A stretch of DNA of 64,000 nucleotides from Anaeramoeba ignava BMAN (Eukaryota; Protista; Anaeramoebae), in contig JAPDFW010000136.1 in the NCBI GenBank assembly GCA_028826165.1, positions 248,001-312,000 on the forward strand, written 5' to 3'. Made by a program: the position numbers and the translations under genes. The notes under the pieces are model-generated. The model saw nothing but the letters and a program-made list of their open reading frames with translations. It was not told the origin of the DNA and made no database searches. Below are positions 48,764-62,626 of this stretch, piece after piece; position 1 is the first letter of the stretch; every line of letters starts with the position of its first letter.

Positions 48764-49878
48764 TTAAATCATTTCAATTCCTCCTGATTTTTCAAGTTCT
48801 TTTTCTCTTTGTTTGATAATTCTTTTGATACTTGTTTTCTGTTTCCTGATCAAAATAACAATAATGATAATTGATGCAATAACAAGAATTGGAACAATTA
48901 CTGATAAAGCAATTATTGGTGTTTTTGATGTACTTTCACTTGTTTGAGTTGGTGATAATGTTGTTACTATTGTTGTTGTTTCAATTCCTGAATATTCATT
49001 ATAAGAACAATTTGAAGTTGCTGATGAATAAACTGAAATTTCATAATTTTCTTCTCCATTTACTCCTGAAACTGGATAATTTGTTGTTGCTTTTGGTAAA
49101 CAAATCATCATCATATTGTATCTAAATAGATATCCTTTTAATCCATCTGATAAATTTAATGAATCCCAATTACATTCAAATCCACAAAGTAATGATGAAC
49201 AACTTAATGAAGTAATATTTCCTAATTTAGGTGTTTCTAATGTAAATAAACTTGGTTCTCCTAAATATTCAGTTTTACAATTTAAATCAACACATCCTCG
49301 AATTGAAATATTATATTCAATATTTCCAGATATTCCATTTATTGTTCCAATTCCTTCATTTCCACTTAAATCAAGAGATGTGAAATTTTGCCAATTTGTT
49401 TCATTATTAAGTGAAATCGATATTGAATAATTATTAGCATTTGTTAATTTTGTAAAATTTAATTCAATTTCTTCAATTTTGGAAATTGTTTGATAAATTG
49501 TTGGAGATGTTGTTAAATTTTCAGTTGTAACTGAAGTTGTTGAAATATTGGAACATTTATTAATTGAATTACATGCTGAAACATTAATTTGATATTCTTG
49601 ATTTTGTAAATAATTTGTGAAATATTGATTTGATGATGTTAGATTATAATTTCCTGAATAACTTTGTGAAATTGTTTGATAAGTGAAATTATAATAAGAA
49701 GGAATTGAACAATTAATTGGTTGATTCCAACTACAATTAATATCTAATGAATATTGAATTAAACATGTAAAATCTTCAATATCTTCAAATTGAATTGAAA
49801 TTGATGATTCAACAACTTCTCCTTGATCTTCTCCTTCACATTCTTGTGTTCTACATCCACAAATTGAAATATTATAAT
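48764..49878 (-). pseudogene. 5'-truncated paralog of the FG-GAP/FN3 receptor with one stalk module, cut by a satellite
   Basis: Near-identical to 46580-45800 plus the C-terminus; similarity stops at 49878 without a splice acceptor or upstream exons. Confidence 0.65.
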
Positions 49879-51515
49879 TTAAATTATATTTAAATTAATT
49901 TCCAAATTAAATATTAAATTAAACTTATTCTCAATTCTTATATTTATCTTTTTAATATTTTGAAACAATAAAATAATTAATTTAAATTAATAAATTAATA
50001 TTTTAAACATATAATTAATTAATAAATTATATTTAAATTAATTTACAAATTAAATATTAAATTAAACCTATTCTGAATTTTTATATTTATCTTTTTAATA
50101 TTTTGAAATAATAAAATAATAAAATCTAAATCAATAAATTAATATTTTAAAACATAATTAATTAATAAATTATATTTAAATTAATTTCCAAATTAAATAT
50201 TAAATTAAATCTATTCTTAATTCTTTTATATTTATCTTTTTAATATTTTGAAACAATAAAATAATTAAATCTAAAACAATAAATTAATATTTTAAACATA
50301 TATTAATTAATAAATTATATTTAAATTAATTTACAAATTAAATATTAAATTAAACTTATTCTTATTTTTATATTTTAGTTTAAAATATTTTGGAAAATAA
50401 TAAAATAATTAAATTTTAAATCAATAAATTATTATTTTAAACATATAATTAATTATTAAATTATATTTAAATTAATTTACAAATTAAATATTAAATTAAA
50501 CCTATTCTTAATTCTTATATTTTAAGTTTAATATTTTGAAATAATAAAATAATTAAATCTAAAAACAATAAATTGTTATTTTTAAACATATAACTAATTA
50601 GTAAATTATATTTTAAATTAATTTACAAATTAAATATTAAATTAAACTTATTCTTAATTTTATATTTATCTTTTTAATATTTTGAAATAATAAAATAATT
50701 AAATCTAAAACAATAAATTAATATTTTAAACATATAATTAATTATTAAATTATATTTAAAATTAAACAAATTAAATATTAAATTAAACTTATTCTTATTT
50801 TTATATTTATCTTTTTAATATTTTGAAATAATAAAATAATTAAATTTAAATTAATAAATTAATATTTTAAACATATAATTAATTAATAAATTATATTTAA
50901 ATTAATTTACAAATTAAATATTAAATTAAACCTATTCTTAATTTTTATATTTATCTTTTTAATATTTTGAAATAATAAAATAATTAAATCTAAAACAATA
51001 AATTAATATTTTAAACATATAATTAATTAATAAATTATTTTTAAATTAATTTACAAATTAAATATTAAATTAAACTTATTCTTAATTTTTATATTTATCT
51101 TTTTAATATTTTGAAATAATAAAAAATAATAAAATCTAAAACAATAAATTAATATTTTGAACATATAATTAATTAATAAATTATATTTAAATTAATTTAC
51201 AAATTGAATATTAAATTAAACTTATTCTTATTCTTATATTTATCTTTTTAATATTTTGAAACAATAAAATAATTAAATCTAAATCAATAAATTATTATTT
51301 TGAACATATAATTAATTAATAAATTATATTTAAATTAATTTACAAATTAAATATTAAATTAAACTTATTCTTAATTTTTATATTTATCTTTTTAATATTT
51401 TGAAATAATAAAATAATTAAATCTAAATCAATAAATTAATATTTTAAACATATAATTAATTATTAAATTATATTTAAATTAATTTACAAATTAAATATTA
51501 AATTAAATCTATTTT
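49879..51515. repeat. ~144-bp tandem satellite, about 11 copies
   Basis: Anchor TTATATTTAAATTAATTT recurs near 49884, 50027, 50170, 50314, 50461, 50606, 50750, 50891, 51035, 51181, 51324 and 51468. Confidence 0.9.
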
Positions 51516-51540
51516 TAATATTGATTTGAATTGATAAAAT

Positions 51541-51565
51541 AACCGTTGTTTTTTTTTTAACGGAA
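51541..51565. promoter_or_regulatory. Inverted pair of MSA/Myb-like AACGG motifs upstream of UBE2C
   Basis: CCGTT 51543-47 and AACGG 51559-63, about 75-90 bp upstream of the ATG. Confidence 0.4.
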
Positions 51566-51634
51566 TTTTTTAATTTAAAAGAATTTTGTTTTAATTAATT
51601 TTCATTTATTTTTTTTTTCCCAAATCTTTTTAAA

Positions 51635-52193
51635 ATGTCAAATAATAATAATTCAAATAATATTCAAAATGTTACAAAAAGGTAAATATAAAATCAAAAT
51701 CAAAATCAAAATTAAAAATCAAAATTAAAAATCAAAATCAAAATCAAAATTAAAAAGACTTCAAAATGAATTGATGCAATTAATGATGAGTAAAACTCAA
51801 GGAGTATCAGCATTTCCACAAGGAGATAATATACTAAACTGGTCAGCCACAATCACAGCACCACAAGAAACAATGTATGGAGGATTAACATATAAATTAT
51901 CATTCAAATTCTCAGAAAATTATCCATATGAAGCACCAACTGTAAAATTTGTTACTCCTTGTTTTCATCCAAATGTTGATAATTCAGGAAATATTTGTCT
52001 TGATATTTTAAAAGAAAAATGGAGCGCTATTTATAATGTCACTTCTGTTTTAATTTCTATTCAATCTTTATTGAATGATCCAAATATTTTCTCTCCTCTT
52101 AATCCTTATGCTGCTGAATTATGGAAAGATCAGAAAAAATATAAAGAAATTTTAATTACTAAATATGAATCAACACAAAAAAAAGTGAAATGA
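51635..52193 (+). CDS. UBE2C: Ubiquitin-conjugating enzyme E2 C (UbcH10/UBC11 type); intron 51682-51757
   Basis: VTKR/LQNELMQLMMS..GVSAFPQGDNILNW..YPYEAPTVKF..CFHPNVDNSGNICLDILKEKWSAIYNV. Confidence 0.9.
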
Positions 52194-52265
52194 TCAATTT
52201 CTTTTCTTTTATTTTCCTTTTGTTTTTCCTTTTTGAAAAATTAAAATAAATTTTAAATTTTGATT

Positions 52266-55200
52266 TTAATTTTGATTTTGATTTGAATTTTGATTTGAAT
52301 TTTGGTTCATTCGACTTGAACAAACAAAACACCAAAATTTAGAATTATTTTGATTATTATCTGGAGATTTCTTTTTGGATAATTTGACGATTATCAACAT
52401 CATCAGTTTTGATATTTAAAGTATCACTTAAACAAGATTTGTGATAAGCATGACCACAATTAAAAACAATAGAATTTTGATGAGGTTGATTAAGTATTGA
52501 TTCTCCGCATAAATAGCAATGTTGAGAAGAAGTGACTCTTCTTCCTCTTCTTGATTGCTTATAGAAAACAAACATCAAATCAGTGCAATCCTTCTCAATA
52601 ATATCTTTTGTAACTTCTCTAAGTTGAACTTGCAATTTAAAATCATCCAAAATTGCTGTCAATTTATTTTGCAAATGAGGTATTTGCATTTTTGGTGGGA
52701 TTCTTCTTACAACTTGCAATATATCAAATTTGGTACTTAATGTGTGATCCAATAAATCTGAAAGATAATTGGGATTTGTTAAGCAATACTTGATTAAATC
52801 GTTCCATAAATCTTTATCTCCTTCTTCTTGAACAAATTCAATTGCTTGTTTTATATCCTTTAATTCCTTTATAATAATATCAAGTGTTTGTTTTGCATTT
52901 CCCATTCTTTTCATGATGAACACCATTTCCCGAATAAGATGGTTTTCTCGACAAACCTCAAGTGCTTTTTCCAATGGGATGCTTGTGCTTGATTTGAGGA
53001 AATTCATCATTTTTTCTGGTGCAAATTGGACATATAAATTTAATTGCAATCCGTGATATTTTCTTGAAATAAGTGGATCTTCTTCAAAAATACCATCCAA
53101 ATATAAATGCAATAATTTTGCGTCGTGTTTTAATTGAGGCACAATTTTATCAATAGGAAGTCTATCGTTATTTTTCACCAACAAATCGATTGTTTCTTCA
53201 ACTGAGAATTCGATTAATTGTTGGACTTTATCCACAATTGAATCAAACAAATTGTGTTCATTAATCAATCCAAAAACATCTCCTTTCTTAATTTTCAAAA
53301 AGATATCTAGTGCTTGTTCGTGTTTATCGGTTTTACTGTATAAATTTGCCAATGTTATTAAGTAATTCTCTTGATTTTCTTTTGTTTCTTGTTTGTGTAT
53401 GTTTTCCTGAATGAATTGTATTAAAACCTGAGTGTCATATAAATTAATTGGCCAATCCTCAATCAATTCATTCATTTTTTCAATATCTTTTTGGAGATAA
53501 TAATTCAAAATTGATTGATAAGTTTTTGGATCCAATTTTGGTGTTTTGATTGGGATTTTGCTAATAATATCATCAAGTTTATCATTTTCAATAAATTTTT
53601 GAATCCATTTAGCCCATAAACCTTCTTCTTTTTCACAAACCCAAGAACAATCATTAATTGCTTCTGAAAAAAGTTGGTTTTGGAATAAATGATTAAGATG
53701 TTTTTCTCCCAAATCTTGATAAGTATATGCTTTAAGCTCTTTTGGGTTTTCTTTTGCCAAAGTTATTGCTGATTTAAATTTGGAAACTTTTACAAGCCAA
53801 GAAATTTTATTATCGACTGAAAGTTTTTGAGCAGATAAAACTTGTTGAGAAGAAGAAAAAAAGAGTTTTTTTTCATTTTCATTATTTTCTAAGTGGTATT
53901 CTAAAGGATTTGGTTTTGAACGAAGACGGATTTGGCATTTTTCAGTTGCAATTTCATTTCCTTCCAAATTGATGAGTCTAATAATTAATCCTTCATTTGA
54001 TTTAATTTGTTTTTTTTCATCAACAATAATTTTTTTTTCATCAATAATTTCTTTTTCTTCATTATTATTTTCATTATTATTATTCTCATTATTAATATTT
54101 TCATTATTAATATTTTCATTATTAGTATTCTCTTGTGTTTTTTGTGGAGGTTCAATATCAGTTTCAGTTTCGGTTTGTGTTAAATTATCAGTTTCTGTTT
54201 CTGATCTTAAATTTGATTGATTTTCACTTTTTGATTTTTTCAATTTTTTTTGAGTAGTTTTTGTTCCATCCAATTCAAGTAATAATTCATCATCTTCCAT
54301 TGTAAGTAATAATAAATTTGAATCAAAAAAGGAAATTCCACAAATAAAAAAATCAAATATTTGATAATAAATTGCACTCATTTTGGAAGGAGTGTTTTCA
54401 TTTTTATATAAATCTTTTTTTAGTTCACAAATTGATAAAAAATTTCCCCAAGCAATAGCAAGTTTAGAACCTTTCCATTTAAAAAAGCAACGAAATCCAT
54501 CAGGTCTTGGAGAATTTAAAGGTCTCAATATATTCTATAAAATATATATATATTTTCAATTCAATTTAAATTTCAATTCAATTTAAATTTCCATTTTTAT
54601 TTACATGAATAATTTTTGAATTAATAATATCATAAACATAAATTCCATTATTATTTGACCAAGTAACATATTGATTTGTCCAATTAATAGAATAAATTGT
54701 TCCTTCATTACTATGAATTAATAAATCATTTGTTTTAAAAAATCCTAAAAAAAAAAATTTTTAATAAAATAATAAAATTATAAAAAAAATTAAATTAAAT
54801 TAAATTAAATTAAATACCTTTACTACGAAGAACAATATTTCCTGAAACTCCTCCATAAATAAATGATTGTGATTTTTTTACTCCATATTCTGGATCAATT
54901 GCTATTGATTTAATAACTTGTGGGAAAGTATATTGTTGTGATTTATCAGTATTTATTCCATTTATAACAACATTTCCTATTTTAATTTTTAATTTTTAAT
55001 TTTTAATTTTTAATTTTTAATTTTTAATTTTTAATTTTTAATTTTTAATTTTTAATTTTTAATTTTTAATTTTTAATTTTTAATTTTTAAATAAAATTCA
55101 CCATCAACAGAACAACTTCCAATATAATCTCCTTTAAAATCAAAACTAATATCATTTACAGAAGCTTCATAGGATTTAAATTCTTTAATTTTATTTCCCA

Positions 55201-56608
55201 AAAAATCAAATATATAAATATAACCATCATATGTTCCAATTGCCTTAACAAAATTAAAATTAAAATTAAAATTGAAATTAAAATTAAAATTATAAAATTT
55301 ACTAAAAATTTTTCATAAAATTAAAATTAAAATTAAAATTAAAATTAAAATTAAAATTAAAATTAAAATTAAAATTAAAATTAAAATTAAAATTAAAATT
55401 AAAATTAAAATTAAAATTAAAATTAAAATTAAAATTAAAATTAAAATTATATTTATATTTAAAATTAAAATTAAAATTAAAATTAAAATTAAAATTAAAA
55501 TTAAAATTAAAATTAAAATTAAAATTAAATTTAAAATTAAAATTAAAATTAAAATTAAAATTAAAATTATATTTAAATTAATATTTAAAATTAAAATTAA
55601 AATTATAATTAAAATTAAAATTAAAATTAAAATTAAAATTAAAATTAAAATTAAAATTAAAATTCATTTTATAATTAAAATTAAATTAAAATTAAAATTA
55701 AAATTAAAATTTAAAATTAAAAATTTAAAATTAAAATTAAAAAAAAATTAAAACTTAAAATTAAAATCCAAAAATAAAATTTAAAATTAATTTTTAAAAA
55801 TTAAAATTTAAAATTAAAATTAAAATTATAATTATTTAAAATCAAAATTTATAATTTTATTTAAATTTCTATGTCTGTGTCTATGTTTTAAAATTAAAAT
55901 TAAAATATTATTTTTAAAATTAAATTAAAATTAAAAAATTAAAATTAAAATTAAAATTAAAATTAAAATTAAAATTAAAATCAAAATTAAAACTAAATTT
56001 TTCATTTTTCAAAATAAACTAAAAATTAAAATTAAAATTAAAATCTAAATTAAAATTAAAAATTAAAATTAAAATTAAAATTAAAATTAAATTAAAATTA
56101 AAATTAAAATTAAAATTAATTTTAAAATTTTAAATTTTAAATTTAAAATAAAAATTAAAAAAAAATTTAAATTAAAAATTTAATTTTAAATTTAAATTAG
56201 AATTAGAATTTAAATTTAAAAAAATAGTTTAAAAATTAAAAAATTTTTAAAATTAAACAAATTAAAAAACAAAATTATATTTAAAATTAAAAACAAAAAT
56301 TAAAATTAAAATTAAAATTAAATTAAAATTAAAATTTTAAATTCATTTTATAATTAAAATTGAAATTAATATTAAAATTAAAATTATAAAATTTACTAAA
56401 AATTTTTCATGAGCTTTAAAACAAGAAACTTTATTTGTTCCAACAATAATTTCATTAATTTTTTTTAATTCAGTATAATTAAGTAAAGGTTGTTCACTTG
56501 TTTCATCAATATTAAGTGAATTTTCTCTTTTATTTCTATGTCTGTGTCTATGTTTTGATTTATGTTTATGTTTTCTTTTATTAATTGTTTCTTCTTTTGA
56601 TTACTCAT
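52266..56608 (-). CDS. VPS41: HOPS subunit Vps41 (WD40, clathrin heavy-chain repeat, RING-H2); multi-exon
   Basis: AIGTYDGYIYIFDF..DYIGSCSVDG, IAIDPEY, HLYLDGIF, REMVFIMKRMGN, DKDLWNDLI, FNCGHAYHKSC; the final WCFVC lies after a frameshift near 52365. Confidence 0.9.
55250..56390. repeat. (TAAAAT)n microsatellite filling VPS41 intron 55244-56396
   Basis: Direct reading. Confidence 0.9.
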
Positions 56609-56708
56609 TAATTAAAAAGAAAATTAAAAATTGAAAAATGAAAATTTAAATTTTTTTTCATTTTTTTTTTCATTTTTTTTTTCTAAATAAAATAATAATA
56701 ATAATAAA

Positions 56709-59626
56709 ATGAATTTAAATCAAACAGTTGAACAAACAATTCAAATTTGGAAAAGTAAAAAATAATTCAAAATTAATTTTAATTTTAATTTTAATTTATA
56801 AAAAATTTTTTTTAAATTATTTAGATTTTGATTTTGAAAATAAAAGATCTGAATTTGATGAAAATAGTTTAAAAATTGGAGAATTTCAAGAAAATTCAAC
56901 AAATTCAAGAAAACAACTTTCAAAAGAAACAAAAAGTATTTTTATTTTTATTATTTTTTTATTATAAAAAAAACATTTTCAAATTAAAAATTTTAATTCA
57001 TTTTTCATTTTAAAAGATTTTTTATCACTTCAAAATACTGAAAAATTAAAAAAATTTTCATCATTGATTAAGAATTATCAAAAGGAAATTGATTCTTTAA
57101 CTGAAAGAGCCAAATTCTCTGAAAAATCAATTTTATCAATTTATCAATTTTTTTCAACAGCACCTGATCCAACTCCAATTCTTGAATTAATTTTAGTACT
57201 TTTAATACTTTTAATCCCTATTTACTCAATATTTTTTTAACCTTCGTTTTATTCTCTTTTTAATTTGCAAATTTATATTAATAGAAAGAATATATTGAAC
57301 TTGAAAAAATTAAAGAAAATTATAAACAAAATGAAAACTCAGAAAAAAATTCTAATTCAAAAAAACAATTGTTATTAATTGAAGATTTAAAGAATAAAAA
57401 TCAACAAATGAAAAAAGATTTTGAAAATCAATTAGAAGAAAAAAAATTACAATATGAATTAGCAATTCAAGAACTAAATCAAAAATTACAAAAAGAACAA
57501 GAAAATTTCAAATTATTCCAATCTAATCAAAATATTGAACAAAATGAAATTTTTGAATTAAAAACAAAACATCGTAAATTAAATATTCAATTAAAAAATA
57601 TTTAATTTAAAAATAATATTTAATTTAAAAATAATATTTAATTTAAAAATAATATTTAATTTAAAAATAATATTTAATTCAAAAATAATATTTAATTTAA
57701 AAATAATATTTAATTTAAAAATAATATTTAATCCAAAAATAATATTTAATTTAAAAATAATATTTAATTTAAAAATAATATTTAATCCAAAAAATAATAT
57801 TTAATTTATAAAAATAATATTTTAATTCAAAAATAATATTTAATTTAAAAATAATATTTAATCCAAAAATAATATTTAATTTATAAATATTTAATTTAAA
57901 AATAATATTTAATTCAAAAATAAATATTTAATTTAAAATATTTAATTCAATAATAATATTTAATTTAAAAATAATATTTAATTTAAAAATAATATTTAAT
58001 CCAAAAATAATATTTAATCCAAAAATATAATTTAATTTAAAAATATTATTTAATTTAAAAATATTCTTTAATTTAAAAATATTATTTAATTTAAAAATAT
58101 TCAATTTAAAATATTTAATTTAAAAATATTTAATCTAAAATATTCAATTCTAAAATATTCAATTCTAGAACAAGAATTAAATGCAAAAGAAAAAGAAAAT
58201 GAAATGATTTCTTTAGATCTTCAAAATGCTCATCTTCGTATTTCTGAACTTGAAAAAAATATTGAATTATTAAAAAATCCTTCAAATAATCAAGAAGACC
58301 AAAAACAACTTCTTCAAAAAATTTCTAAATTGGAAAACAATTATCAAGAAAAAATGGAACAAATCAATGAATTTGAAGAACAAATTAAAGAACTTGAACA
58401 ATCAACAAATGAAAAAGAAGTTGAAATTCTAGAACAAAAACAAAAATTCCAAAAAGAAAAAGAAAAATATGAAGATAAAATTGAAGAATTAAATTTAAAA
58501 CTCACTTCACTTCCAAATGAAAAAGAATTTTCTAAAATTAAAAAAGAATTGGAAATTTTAAAAACTGTTGAATTTGGATTTTTAAATGAAAAAGATTTTG
58601 AAAATGAGAATGAAAATGAAAAAGAAATTCAAAATGAAAAAGGATTGAAATTATTGCTATTAAAAAAATCTAGACATCTTGAAAATCAAGTCACAAAATT
58701 TAAAGTGGAATTAAATAAAAAACAACAAATTCTTGAAAATTTAACTCAACAAAATTCTCAACTAAATGAATCATTAAATCAATCACAAAATTTAATCAAA
58801 AAATTAGAATCAGATTTATTAATTGCACAAAAAGAAAGATTAAAAGGAAATATTTCAACTCAAGAATATGAAAACATTAATAACAACAATTTATCAAATC
58901 AAAACGATAATAACACAAAAAATTCAATTATTGAAATTGAAGAAAATGAAAAACAAATTCAATCTGATAAAAACGAACAAGAAAAAAACGAAAAAATTCA
59001 ACAAAAAATAGTTGAACAAAAAAAAATGTTTGATATTGTTTGTCAACAAAGAGATCGTTTTAGAAATCAATTAGAACAAATGGAAAACAAAAATCAAGAA
59101 TTATCATTTCAATATCAAGAATGCTCAAAATTGAATAAAAGATTACAAGCAGATAATCTTAAATTTTATGAGAAAATTAAATTTTTACAAAATTATCAAC
59201 AAACAAGATCAAATCCAAATTCAAAAATTAATTTTTCTGAAAATATTGATTCAGGACTTGGTTTAAATTCATCAAGAATAGAAAATGATTATGAAAAAAT
59301 AATGAATAGAAAAAATGAACAATCTGATTTAATTCAACAATATAAAGAAATTTATGATGAAGGAATAAATCCTTTTAATGAATTTAGTATTCAAGTAAAT
59401 AATTTTAATTAATTTTAATTCAATAATTTTTAATTCAATAATTTTTATTAATATTTTAATTAATTAGGAAAGAAATTCTCAATATCAAAATTTACATCCA
59501 ATTGAAAAAATTACTTTAAAAGCAAGTAAATTTATTTTATCAAATCGAAATGCAAGATTTTTCTTATTTTTTTATACAATTCTTATTCATTTAATTACTA
59601 TAATTTTACTTTTTATTTTAATTTGA
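56709..59626 (+). CDS. CASP: CASP/Coy1 golgin (coiled coil, C-terminal TM); multi-exon
   Basis: SRKQLSKETK, YQKEIDSLTERAKFSE..APDPTP, IVCQQRDRFR, DNLKFYEKIKFLQNY, INPFNEF and TM FFYTILIHL. Confidence 0.9.
57590..58165. repeat. ~19-bp minisatellite (AAAAATAATATTTAATTTA) filling CASP intron 57574-58168
   Basis: Direct reading. Confidence 0.9.
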
Positions 59627-59801
59627 TTTAAAATTAAAAATAAATAAAACAATTTCAATTTATTTAATTTTTGAATTTAGTTCATTTGAATTTTTGAATT
59701 TAGTTTTAACGAAAATTTTAATTTTAGTTCCTCTTTTTTTCTTTCATTTTTTTTTAAATCATTTTTTCCTTTCTTCCTCTTCTTTTTTATTAAAATATAA
59801 A

Positions 59802-62496
59802 ATGGAACCATCAAGACTTTCAATTTCAAGAAATGTTGATTCTCTTGGCAAAAAATTACGCAAAACAAATGTTTCTAAATTTAATAGAGAAAATGAATCA
59901 ATTTTACATCCAGATTCAATTCAACTTTCAACAGATTCAGAAAAAGATAAACCAAAAGATAATTTGGAAAATGAATCTGATTTTGAAGTTATTGTTGATT
60001 TTGAAAACCCAGAATTAAATCAAGCAATTGAAAATCATGAAAATCAAGAAATAGAAAATCAAGAAATAGAAAATCAAGAAAAAAAGAAAAAAAAGAAAAA
60101 AACAACAGATTTTTCTCAACAACCAATTTTATTAAGGAAAATTATTGAACAAAGACTTCAACAAAAAGCTCAAGAACCTTTAAAAGAAAAACCTATTCAA
60201 CATGAAGAAAAAGAATCAAATGTTTCTTGTTTTTATAAATATAAAAAATTTTTGATATTTTTGATCCCTTTTTCTGTTTTTGGTTTTATTGCTTTGATTT
60301 TTTATTTGTTTGATTCTTCTGCTAAAATTTGGGAAGTAAAAGTTCATATGTGGGGATTTACAATTATATTTCTTTATGGAACTTATTGGGGATTTTATTT
60401 TATTTTTTCAAGAAGTATTTTTATTTCAAATTCAAATTCAAATTCAAATTCAAATTCAAATTCAAATTCAAAATTATATTCAAATTTCAAATTATTTTAG
60501 TTTATTGGGCTTTAGGATTTTGTTTAAAACCTTCTAAATTATATAGAATTAAACCTCTTCGTTTACCTGCTGGTCTTGCTTTTGCATGTGAATTAATAGA
60601 AAATAATTAACAAATTTTTTTATATCAAAATTTTGTTATTAATTTTAATATTAATAATAATAATAATAATATTAATAAAGCTCTTACAGCTTATATTGTT
60701 TGGGATACAATACTTGCAGCATCTTTAAGAACAACATTTATTAATCAATTACTTCTTTTCATAGTAAATTTTCAAATTAATTCAAATCAATTCAAATCAA
60801 AATTAATTCAAATTAAATTCAAATCAAATTAAATTCAAATCAAAAATAAATTAAATTAAAAATTCAAATTAAATTCAAATTAAATTAAAAAATTAGTTCA
60901 AGTTTTAATTCAAATTAAATAAGATGTTTTCTTGAAATTCTTCTTCCCAAATTAATTGATCAAAAACTTATTTTCAAATTAAATTATTTCAAATTAAAGT
61001 TTAAATTCAAATCAAATTAATCTTAGTTATTTCAAAATCTCATGTTTTTCACAAACTTCTTCAATATGTTGATTCCAAAAATTTTGATAAATTTTTGGAT
61101 AAAAATGTTAAATGAATCAACACCTCTTCAAGATAAAAATATTATTAATATGAGTCAAAAAAAACCAAGATTAATGAGCAAAAAACAAAAGAAATTAATG
61201 AATTTTGGAATTTCTAAAGTAAATTATATTTAATAATAAAATAATAAAATAATTAATTGAATATTTAAATCAAAAAAGGCAAGAAAATTATTTCTTCAAC
61301 AAAATGATATTCTTTATGTTAAAAAAAATGAAGCATTAAATAATAAAGTTGATATATTTGTAGAAGAAATCATGTCAAATGCAGATATTCAAGAAAAAGG
61401 ATATTTAACATATTTAGATTTTGAATTATTTTTTCATCCACATAAAGCTAAAAAAGCATTTTTATTTTTTCTAAGTTCACCAATATTAGAAGATTCAGAA
61501 CTAAAACAACAAAAAATAACACAAGAAATATTAAAACCAAAAATAACAGATTTTTTTATTGAAAGAGGTCATTTAAAGAAAACAATTCAACAACATCAAA
61601 GTTTATCAGAAATTGTGAAGAAATTATTAAAATTTGTTTATTGGGTTATAATGATAATTGTTTTCCTTATTATTATCAAAGTTGATTTAGGAAGTTTATT
61701 TCTTGCTTTAGTAACTTTATTAGTTTCATTAAGTTTTGCTTTTTCAGGAATAATTAAAAATTTTGTTGATTCATTAACTTTAATATTTGGAGTTAAACCT
61801 TATGATACTGGAGATATTATCAGTATTAATGATACCAGATATACTATCAAAGGAATAGACTTATACAAAACAACACTTGAAGATTTTTCTGGAAAATTGA
61901 CAACTATAACTAATTGGTCAATGCTTTCAAAAGACATTACAAATTACAAAAGAAGTTCAAGAGTTTCAATTTACACAATTATTGGAATCAGTTCAAAAAC
62001 TTCAACCAAAAAAATTATTCAATTTGGAGAAAAATTAGATTCTTTTATTAAATCAAATCCTGAATCATTTGAACCTAAATTTTCTTTTAAAATTGATGGA
62101 TTAGATAAATCAACTGAAAAACTTAATTTAAGATTTAATGTTACAATTAAATGTAATTCTTGGCAAGAATTTCCAATTTGGACAGATTTAAAGAATGATT
62201 TCTATTTATTTTGCAATAATAGTAAATTATTTTTAAAAATGAAAATAATTTTTTGATGTTCCACTTTTTTTATTAATTAAAATTTAAACACACACAAAAA
62301 TATTATATAATAAATAGCTTTTAATGAATTAGGTATTGCTTATGAATATCCATCAATGGATCTTGATATTATAATGAAAAATTCAAATTCAAATTTCAAA
62401 TTAAAACAAAAACAAAAAGAAAAGCAAAAACAAAAACAAAAATCAATAAACAAAAAAGAAATCAAAAATGAAATTGATGAAAAAAAAGAAAAATAA
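59802..62496 (+). CDS. MscS-like (MSL) mechanosensitive channel, copy 1; multi-exon
   Basis: LSFAFSGIIKNFVDSLTLIFGVKPYDTGD..ITNYKRS MscS motifs, EF-hand-like GYLTYLDF and N-terminal TMs; exon structure in 60764-61100 is uncertain. Confidence 0.85.
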
Positions 62497-62626
62497 TAAA
62501 GCTCAATGTTCTTTTCTGTTCTTTTCTTTTCTTTTCTTTTTTTTTTAATCCAAAAGGGGAATAAAATTGGAATTTTTTTTAAATCATTTTTTCCTTTCTT
62601 CCTCTTCTTTTTTATTAAAATATAAA

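Noticed and set aside
49879-51515. Possible CRISPR-like array
   Set aside because: The whole unit repeats with no unique spacers; eukaryotic context and no cas genes.
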